From: a virus
Taxonomy: Duplodnaviria; Caudoviricetes
Length of the DNA stretch: 64,000 nucleotides
Virus record (IMG/VR): IMGVR_UViG_3300029798_000001
Reading direction: 5' to 3' (one strand)
Part shown: piece after piece, positions 55,647 to 64,000 of the stretch
How the letters are laid out: every line of letters starts with the position of its first letter
How positions within the stretch are numbered: position 1 is the first letter of the stretch
Notes under the pieces: generated by a model
What the model saw: only the letters and a program-made list of their open reading frames with translations
What the model was told of the DNA's origin: nothing
Database searches by the model: none
Translations under genes and position numbers: made by a program

Positions 55647-55722
55647 GCCACCTGGCCTCTCACAGAAGCACACTTGGGTGGGTTTTTTACGACTTGACTC
55701 TTAATACTGAATATAGTATAAT
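55647..55722 (+). repeat. Terminator + early promoter cassette, copy 1
   Basis: GCCACC..GCCTCTCAC.GAAGCACACTTGGGTGG.TTTTTTAC, 40/44 identical to 60296-60339; TTGACT-17-TATAAT follows. Confidence 0.85.
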
Positions 55723-56670
55723 AGTAGCATGAGTCAACTATTATATCCACATCTTGTTGTTGCTGTAGATACCGAACCGTTTTATGCGGATTTGGTTGCT
55801 GAATATCCCACTGCCCTTTTCTCAAATCGCAACCGGATTCGTAACGAGATCCGTCAGCGGCGTGAAGGTATGAGTGCCTGGTTGGTTCGTCACGGTTATC
55901 AGTGTGGCCCGGATTATCAGCAGACCGAATCAGGCTATAGATTTGCCTCTGATGCATTGGCAACTTTTTTTAGATTGGCTTGGAGTTAAAATGATTGGGT
56001 ATTCTACAAATTGGATGGGCGTGATCAATTTACAATGGTATAGAGACCGTGGCCTTACCCAACGAGTATCAAGAACACTCACAGAAGATTCCAAATTGAC
56101 AGGTCGTCGGGCCGGTGATGTCTTTGAATATGATGAGATCACGCAGGAGTATTCGTGTGGTCGAATTGATTGTCGTGGCACGGGGTTAGGACCATATGGA
56201 GCAGAGCTTGGTGTGGATCCTATGAAGGCCCAAGATTGGGCGAGACTTAGCGATTGGTTAGATACATTTGAAACTGACGACTTATGGACCATAGATCAAA
56301 TAGTAGAGCTGTATGAAAAAACAAATCCTAAAATAGAATGGTGGATAGAAAAATGAACGAAACCTGGCCAACAACCACAATCGAATCACAGGGCTTACAA
56401 TACGCTTCCATAATTGATATGGGTGATCGGGTAAGAATCCAATTGTATCCTAACCAAGTGAATAAAACAATGTTTATCAATATTGATAAACGAGTCATAT
56501 CTGAACTGATCAGAGCTTTAGAAAAGGTAGAACAATGGTAATGAACGCAAATGAACTAGCTGATATTTTAGAAAAAGGTGAACAAGGTGAAAAATACACA
56601 GGTAAAGATATGAAAAATGCCGCCACCATGCTACGCCAGCAACAAGCTGAAATCCGAGACCTACAACAAC

Positions 56671-58525
56671 AAGTAGCATTCTTGGAAGACTATCGGGCAG
56701 TTTGGGCTCCGGTGATCCGCCAACATCAAGGATTGGACCGATGACTACAGCAACCACACGAATTAGAGCCGGTAATTCAGCCGCCTGGTATTATACATAC
56801 GCATTTTGTGAGAAGAATTTTGGCCCAGGCGGAGTTCAAAAAGGTCGTCGTTGGTTTGCTAGATTGATAACACCGGTTACTATAGAAGTATATCACGACA
56901 ACTCCTGGGGCAGGACACGGCACCGTCGTAGTCCCGTTGCTGATCGCACTGAAGATTATACCATGGTCTATTTTAGAAACCCTGCAGATGCTGTATGGTT
57001 TAGACTAAAGTTTGGAGCAGAACAATGAACTGGAGCATAATCGGATTCATAATATTAATTTGGCTTATCATCATAGCGTTTGGAGTGATGATTTACTTTG
57101 AATACATTGACCCTTTACGGCGTCAGGCACAGTGGCGGCGAGAACAGGAAAACAAATCCTATACCCTTGCCTCAGACGGTTATCCAGCCGTCACTTGGTT
57201 ATTAGAAGCCAAGTTTCGAGAATTGTCAGATACAGAAATAGCAGATGCCCTGTATGTGGCAGACATAACCTTAAACAATCTTAGCGATGGCGATATTCCA
57301 ATTGAAAGAATTAACGCATTTGCTAGAGCAATACTAAGAAAGGCACAAGAGAAATGAATACTGTTTACGACATTGTTATGGAGCATTACATTGACCAACA
57401 AAACAAGCATGAACTTGGTGAAGGCTGGGCGGAAAGGCAAATAGAAGAAATGGACAAAATAGAATTTCTTTTGTCAATCAGCGATGCGGTAAACACGCTT
57501 TTATTAAGAAAGGCACAAGAGAAATGAACAAACTATTTGATTGGTGGTTTAGTGGTCGTTGTTTACGGCATCCAATGGTAGTAGCCGTTGTGTTTTATAC
57601 GATTGGTTATTTTGTTGGTAAAAGTTAAGAAAGGCACAGGAAAAATAATGAACGATAGAATTCAACAACTTGCCAAACAGGCTCACTTTTATCAAGCGGA
57701 CGATAACTATTTTACTGCGGCACAGGAAGAGTTTGCCCGGTTGATTGTGAAGGAATGCGGTGCTGTGGCGTTGAATATCGGATGCGGCGACATTGAAGAT
57801 GAATTGCTAAAACACTTTGGAGTTGCATAGTGTTGTTTTTTCACAACATCTAAATCGGTTGACTATAAATTCGTTATCAGCTATAATAGTTGTATAGTTA
57901 AAGAAAAGGAGTATATAGATGACACAAGATAAACTAAAACAACTGTTGGCACAGAGTGGTATCACTCTAAAGATTGACGGCACCTACTCAGGTGACTTGG
58001 CCAACTTTCATCGCCTGCTGGCGTTACACACTGATTGGTTGGATCAACTTGCGGCTGACGATCAAGCAAACTGGGCTCTTGGATACGGGATGAACTAATG
58101 ATTGAACGACGCAAGTTTCGAGTAAGCATTGAAGAAGGCCATTGCCCGCAATGCGGCGATGATGGCGAAGAATTAAGCTATCACGATGGTACTGGAATGT
58201 ATTACTGTGAATCCTGTTGGGAAGATCACGAGGATAAATGGACGGATGCGGAATGAAACCACATATGACAAATACTGATAATCCCATCGACTTCCCTCAA
58301 GAAGAAATAGAGCCTACTCTATTAGACCCAGGTTGTGCTGAACGAGGCTGTATGGGTTACAGCCCACAGTTTGGTGATACTGAATGTGAGGAATATTTCC
58401 CTGCCGCCTATGTGTATGAACTACAGCGTGAGATAGCTAGACTCCGACAAGAAGTAGCATTCTTAGAAGACTATCGGGCAGTCTGGGCTCCAGTGATCCG
58501 CCAACATCAAGGATTGGACCGATGA
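56671..58525 (+). repeat. 74-nt duplicated gene 3' end (VAFLEDYRAVWAPVIRQHQGLDR)
   Basis: 56671-56744 versus 58452-58525; 3 mismatches, all synonymous. Confidence 0.92.
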
Positions 58526-58913
58526 ACGCACAGATAAGACTAAACTTAGATACGGGTGCTACTGAAATATTTACGGGCGACAAATGGGTAGCTACTTATA
58601 CTCAAGAAGACCTTGATGAAACTCGGGCACTTTGGTATTCAAAAGGTCACACGGACGGGCAGAAAATAAACACACTGAAAGAACTGACCAATGATCAAAT
58701 ACTTGGCTTGTGGGATTGGAACAGTGGTGAAGTGTTGGCTACTGATATTTTAGACTTTGCGGACTTTTATCGTAGAGCATTGTTGGGTGAAGAAGGGTTG
58801 ATAAAATAATGGACTACGCATTGGGTTTTTTAGCCGGAATGTATTTCACTATTTTGTGTATTTGGACACAGTTGATTGTTAGAGAAAACAAAAGAAAGGC
58901 ACAAGAGAAATGA
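57335..58913 (+). repeat. Junction repeat AAGAAAGGCACAAGAGAAATGA (x3, plus one variant)
   Basis: 57335-57357, 57505-57527, 58892-58913; variant 57626-57651. Confidence 0.92.
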
Positions 58914-59339
58914 CTGAAAGACCTAAAATGAACCAGCGGCTCAGTGCTATCAAACAGCAGGCTCACCTGTATGCCCTTGACCAAGAATGGTATATTGATT
59001 CTTTTGAACAACGGTTCGCTGAATTGATTGTGGCGGAATGTGCCAGTGTAGCATTAAACACAGGTTGCGGCGACATTGAAGATGAATTACTAAAACATTT
59101 CGGGGTAGAAGAATGATCCATACGAGACCGGAAGGAACACCAACTCGCCAGGGCTTGAACCTGTATCCCTGGTCAGATAGGAACAGCAGAGGCGGCTTGT
59201 TGCGAGTGGGCAACTGGATCGTCCGACTACGCTGGAGCAGAACAGCAAGGCGTTTTTTTGGTGGTGTAGAGCGGATTGACCCGGTGCAGGAACAGGCAAT
59301 ATTACAGAAATTTCAGCAGGATTTGGACTAAATATTTGT

Positions 59340-59621
59340 ATGAAAACCATCCGCGAATTGATCAATTTGATAGAAACGGCTCAACCTATGACCCACAACA
59401 ACCTTATCCTACAACTGGCTCAACAGGCTGGTATATTATTCGACACTGAGACTGTGCCCGAAACTGGGCTCAAATATGAAGGTGCAATGATTTCTCGTGA
59501 AGATTTGGAACAGTTTGCCCGGTTATTGATTAACGCCTGTGCTGAACAGGTCGATGACTATTGGAGCGAGCTAGACCATCGGTTTGCTGACAAGCGTATT
59601 AAACAACTGTTCGGACTATGA
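59340..59621 (+). CDS. Capsid-targeting-like peptide fused to a FARLL..C family domain
   Basis: MKTIRELINLIE; CTAAATA late promoter at 59328. Confidence 0.6.
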   Translation: MKTIRELINLIETAQPMTHNNLILQLAQQAGILFDTETVPETGLKYEGAMISREDLEQFARLLINACAEQVDDYWSELDHRFADKRIKQLFGL

Positions 59622-60283
59622 AAACCATCCGCGAATACATTGACCTGATAGAATCTGCTCAGACTCCGGTGACCGAAGGTGAAATCTCACAACAATACAC
59701 AGTAGCAGTTGATTGCGGCGAAGATGGCACTTTTACAGTAAAAGTTCACGCCGGCGACAAAGGAGAAGCACTACGCAAAGCTCAAAAAATTGTTCGTAAT
59801 GAATATGATACATATCCAGAGGGAGCAAGAATTGTCGGGCAAGGTGTAGCCGAAGATCTCATTGACCACGATGCCGCAGAGCCACTGGCTCGACACTTTG
59901 CTGAGTTGTATTACAACGGCCTTAGCTCAGCTGATGAAGCAAAAATGGCCGCTCGTGTCTATCAGCAAGTAGTTGATGGTGAAATGTCTATAGATCAACT
60001 TAAACAACATATTGCCAAGTTAGAAAAAGAAAAAGGTATTAAAGAGGCTACTAATGTCAATAACTTATTAAGTAAGGCCACTAAAGATGCAAACAAAGAT
60101 TTTAAAAAAGCCAAGGCTGATAAATTAAAAGCTGCTGGTGACTACTTCACAAAAGGAGAGCACTGGCAAGGTGCTAAGCCAGGTGATTATGGCTACACGG
60201 GCTATCAAGGCCACGGTATGCCAACCGACCGGGCGGAACGAGCTCGCATCCGTGCTGACAAGAAAAAACAACAAGACAAGTAA
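59618..60283 (+). CDS. Putative internal head polyprotein sharing a module with ORF 1-3393
   Basis: MKTIREYIDLIE..VTE; QGVAED...EKEKGIKE module. Confidence 0.7.
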   Translation: MKTIREYIDLIESAQTPVTEGEISQQYTVAVDCGEDGTFTVKVHAGDKGEALRKAQKIVRNEYDTYPEGARIVGQGVAEDLIDHDAAEPLARHFAELYYNGLSSADEAKMAARVYQQVVDGEMSIDQLKQHIAKLEKEKGIKEATNVNNLLSKATKDANKDFKKAKADKLKAAGDYFTKGEHWQGAKPGDYGYTGYQGHGMPTDRAERARIRADKKKQQDK

Positions 60284-60295
60284 TCCAACCACATA

Positions 60296-60379
60296 GCCAC
60301 CCTGCCTCTCACTGAAGCACACTTGGGTGGCTTTTTTACCTCCAAATGATTTGACACAAAATAGTCGATATAGTATAAT
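60296..60379 (+). repeat. Terminator + early promoter cassette, copy 2
   Basis: GCCACCC/GGGTGGC stem + T6; TTGACA-17-TATAAT. Confidence 0.85.
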
Positions 60380-61420
60380 AGTAGTATTGTAAAAGATCAG
60401 GAGTTGAATTATGAACCAACACATTGAACGCTTGTTAGAGTCAGCACCATACACCACCATCAGCACCGAAGGTAGATTGTTCTCACAGCGAGATATGGCT
60501 CGATTTGCCGAAGCCTTGGTTAAGGAGTGTGCTGATGTGATTGATCAGGTACAGTCCGAAGGCGGCGATTTTGTCCGCAGACATTTTGGAGTTGAAGAAT
60601 GATGGATTTTTTACAATACTACTTGCCCTATGTGGCGGGCTATATCATTGGCTCCGTAATAACTTACCTTATTATGAGGCAGAAATGATTTTATATGACA
60701 TTGAACTACGATTTGTTGAAAGACCAGTAGTAGAAATGATTGATGCGACTACTGGCACAACTCGTATCGTTAAGATTTTACAGTCCAGAAAACTTACAGA
60801 AGATGGTTACGAAAATCGTTATTGGACAGACTGGCAAGATATTCCATTAGAGGCCGAAGAGAAATGAACGCTGACACATTCTTTTTAGGATTCGTAGCAG
60901 GCACTTGGGCCACTTGTTTAACTATTATGTCGGTGTTGGAAATTCGTGCCCGCTGGGCAGAAAGAGAGAAAGAATGAAAAGATTTAGTGATGCCGTAGAT
61001 CATAAAATGGTTCCCCCAGACTGGATCGGCTGTTCAGGTGAGCATTTGGAACCTGTGAAATTACAATTGGCCGCTCATTGGTGTGGAGAAACTTGCGGAC
61101 TTGGCTGGATAAAAATGGGCTATGACTTTTGGTTCAAGCGAGCAGAAGATGCTACTATGTTTAAGTTAAAGTGGAGTTAAAGAATGATCTTCCTACTCTT
61201 ACTCGTCGTATTCCTAATCTGGATAGCCTACCGTCGAGCGGAGATTGACAATGAAAATTGAACTACGCTACCTTGATCGCAAGACCGGTAACAACTATAA
61301 CATAGGTGGGCGAACTGCTTTTGCCATCCGTGAAACTGTGCTACAGTATCGCATCAGCAAGGGCGAAGTTTGGGAGTTGTGTGACTGGACTGATATACCC
61401 ACTGTGAAAGAAGAAGACCA

Positions 61421-61594
61421 ATGAGTGCCAACACCACATACTACGCACGAGTTCCTCGAATAACTTGGGAGTGGATTGAAGTATCAGCCCTGGTTGCCGC
61501 GGATGAAAGTGTTTACTCTTACGAGCAAGGTGCTATCGCTGGTATGAATGAATCAGTTTTAGTAATTAAACAACATTTCGGAGTTGAAGAATGA
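61421..61594 (+). CDS. 57-aa chimeric ORF ending in HFGVEE (absent from the ORF track)
   Basis: MSANTTYYARVPRITWEWIEVSA...IKQHFGVEE; coupled to neighbours at both ends (start overlaps the upstream stop; ATGA overlap downstream). Confidence 0.55.
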   Translation: MSANTTYYARVPRITWEWIEVSALVAADESVYSYEQGAIAGMNESVLVIKQHFGVEE

Positions 61595-63761
61595 ACGAGA
61601 AGATTAAACAACTTGCTGATGACGCTGGCATAAACTATCAATTTGCTATGGGAGCAAGTGCCGACTCAGTTACTGACCTACAGTTGGAAGAGTTCGCCGA
61701 GTTGATTGTTAGGGAATGTTCCACAGCGTTTGAAGCAGAAGTTGATACTTGGAAAGAAATGGATCCATATCAAGGTAGCATAAAGCGACAAGGCACTAAG
61801 GCGATTAAACAACATTTCGGGGTTGCGGAATGAGAACTGAACTTAAAATAAAACGATTACTCACTAAGCATACTACCTATCGCCGGTATGATCCTTGCCT
61901 TGAACAAGCAGAAGGTGAACCTATTGTTATGGAAACGGTGTATTGTTTTAAAGAAAGCGATTTAAAGAAGTTTGTCAGCGGACTTATTGATATACAGATT
62001 AAAGCACGAGAGCAAGGATTAAACCCGCAACCTCAATTTTATGAGCAATATATCGGAGTTGAAAAATGAAAACTCGTGAAGCAATTATTATCAGTATGTG
62101 TCGGACCTACAGACACGATTATGGCTTAGAAAAGTCTACAGGAGAGTCGGGCCCGTATCCATTACCTTCGGGTATGACTCGTCAAGAGCGTGAAGCATTA
62201 CATAGACAGATGGCACAGATATTTGATAATGACATAGCACCCTATATGGAGTTTAAGAAGTGATTAAATTCAGAGGACCACAAGGACCGTGGAAGCCTGT
62301 TTTTACTTGGCGACCACGCCGAATCAACGGACGCTGGCATTGGCTCACTACCATATACCGTAGAGAACTCAATGAATATGTATGGCCGCCGCAAGGTTAT
62401 GAGTTCGGTGATGACGGTGATTTTATTTTTGACGCACTGAGGAACTCGTGATACATAGGATAGGCTGGCTTGTGATAGAAATCGCTGTTGTTGCGGTCCT
62501 GGTTCCTATTCTTGCGGTGTTGTTGCCACTTGCTGTCGTGTTCTGGGCGTTTGGGGGATTTAGATGAAAAAAACTTATATCAAAGAAAACGGTGAGTACC
62601 AACAGGTATACAAGGCCAAGATGCCAGAAGCATACGCCCGTGTAGAATGGTGTAAGCAAGCATTCGGCGGTGAGGGAGAGCCTTTGTGGGAGAAGTATCG
62701 CGGTGTCAATATCACTCGTGGCCTACGCTGGTGGCGTAGACAAGGGCACTTGTTCTTCCGTAGTGAGCAGGATTATGTATTTTATTGTTTGAGGTGGGGT
62801 TCGTCAAGATGACTCAGCTCAAACATTTGCCCACGCTGGCCACAATACAACATAACATAAAATATTCTGGCTGGACTGGTGTGTCAGGTGAGCATATCCT
62901 TCGTCCAGAACCTGTGATTTCTTGGTGTTGCAGAAACATAGGCGGATGGGATGATTGGGATCAGGTGGGCTATGATTATTGGTTTCGGAATCCGCAGGAT
63001 GCGGTGTTGTTTAGATTGCGATGGGGTTGATATGGCAACATTGTATGTGGGCGAGCCCTTTTTGACAGATCGAAATCTTGCTTGGGAAGTCACGGCTACA
63101 GGACGGGCTGAAGAATACATTAGTCAAACTGATTTTGAAATGACAGTGGCCGATTGGTTGGCCCAGCACCGGATATCGTTCCACAAGACTGGCAACACCA
63201 CTAAATCTAACTCTGCAGGCCGAATCTATCAGTATCACATTTGTATTGCCGACGAGCAAGCTAGAACTTTGTTTACGCTGAGGTGGTCATAATGGTCCGG
63301 TTATTTGTGCGTGATAGCGAAGACCCGCATATGATTGTGTGGTTGGATGAAACAATTGGGCGACCCAACTGGAAATATAATATTGCGTGGAGTTGGGACT
63401 TTGACGAACCCACGCAGTCCGCAGGCTATTGGCAGGTTGAAACAGACGGTCGAAAGTTGCGTGGCAAAAAGCGCACGGAATTTGTATTGAAATGGGGGAA
63501 ATAGTGAAAGGCAAGCAAATTACCGGAGTATGGATAGACGACATCAACCCCAATACACCATTTAATCAACGCTACGACTGGTGTTTGGCCAACCTTGGGC
63601 CCGGACTTGAATCGCCACCGCGTTGGGAACCCATAGGCATCGGCAATCCCAAGTTTAAGTTCCGTGATCCACAAGATGAAGTGTGGTTTCGATTACGGTG
63701 GGGCGAGTAAGTTGTATTACACAGGGCTGTGTTCGCACCGCCCTCCAACCTTTTATACACA

Positions 63762-64000
63762 TGAACTATCAAATACTAGAAGTTAGACAAAACGAGTATT
63801 TTAAACACGGTATCAGAGTGCGCGGAATGTTGGACTTTCATGCTGTTCGTAATTGGTTTAGTCAAACATATGGCCCGTGTGAAAGTTTGGCTCATGGCAA
63901 TAAGATAGATAACACGCACTGGAGTTATGAAGTTATCTATCAGAACTATACAGTTTATGTTCGGGGCAATGAAGAATTAAATTGGTTTCAACTTAAACAC
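63762..64000 (+). CDS. 3'-truncated small ORF, probably F.L[KR]-family
   Basis: ATG 63762 open to the window end (..ELNWFQLKH). Confidence 0.45.

Larger units (their letters stand above)
55729..63710 (+). other. Array of ~30 short, translationally coupled early genes from a few paralog families
   Basis: ATGA overlaps throughout; families FAELIV..C/HFGVEE, FARA.LRKAQEK, D...F.L[KR]W, IELR..ILQ.R..W.DIP. Confidence 0.8.

Noticed and set aside
56671-58525. Diversity-generating retroelement TR/VR pair
   Set aside because: Mismatches are synonymous and not confined to adenines, and no reverse transcriptase is present in the window.
57335-62069. CRISPR array
   Set aside because: Repeats are irregularly spaced, lie at coding junctions and separate whole genes; no cas genes.
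1251-63772. Numerous short minus-strand ORFs in the track
   Set aside because: All lie antisense to well-supported plus-strand genes or tRNAs and lack RBSs and recognisable motifs.
1-64000. Stop-codon reassignment
   Set aside because: Genes are full length under the standard code, all three stops are used, and no suppressor-anticodon tRNA was found.

Overview
64 kb segment of a large, AT-rich dsDNA phage genome (T4-like/jumbo type). Essentially all genes are on the + strand under the standard code, with sigma70-like early promoters (TTGAC-17-TATAAT) and T4-like late promoters (TAAATA). The host is probably a betaproteobacterium (inference from Bug/TctC, TorF-like porin, glnK, amtB and fdxA). 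From left to right: (1) a putative head-packaged polyprotein and a deaminase; (2) a family-B DNA polymerase split by a Ser1/Thr+1 intein, with a free-standing Vsr-like endonuclease between the halves; (3) a dispersed 7-deazaguanine pathway (TGT/DpdA-like, FolE, QueD, QueE, DpdL-like T-fold protein; no clear QueC) mixed with glycosyltransferases and sugar-nucleotide enzymes; (4) NadE, RNase H and CspA; (5) a permuted two-piece tmRNA and a glnK-amtB-porin module; (6) a tRNA array of about 29 canonical tRNAs plus atypical tRNA-like RNAs, preceded by an apparent leader-peptide attenuator; (7) an omega subunit and a MoxR ATPase; (8) an array of short paralogous genes joined by repeated stop/start junctions. 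Strongest leads: the attenuator upstream of the tRNA array, D-arm-displaced tRNAs (one supplies the only Tyr), a possibly glycosylated 7-deazaguanine DNA modification, the split PolB intein, and shuffled capsid-targeted modules. All calls come from motif reading by eye; no searches were run.
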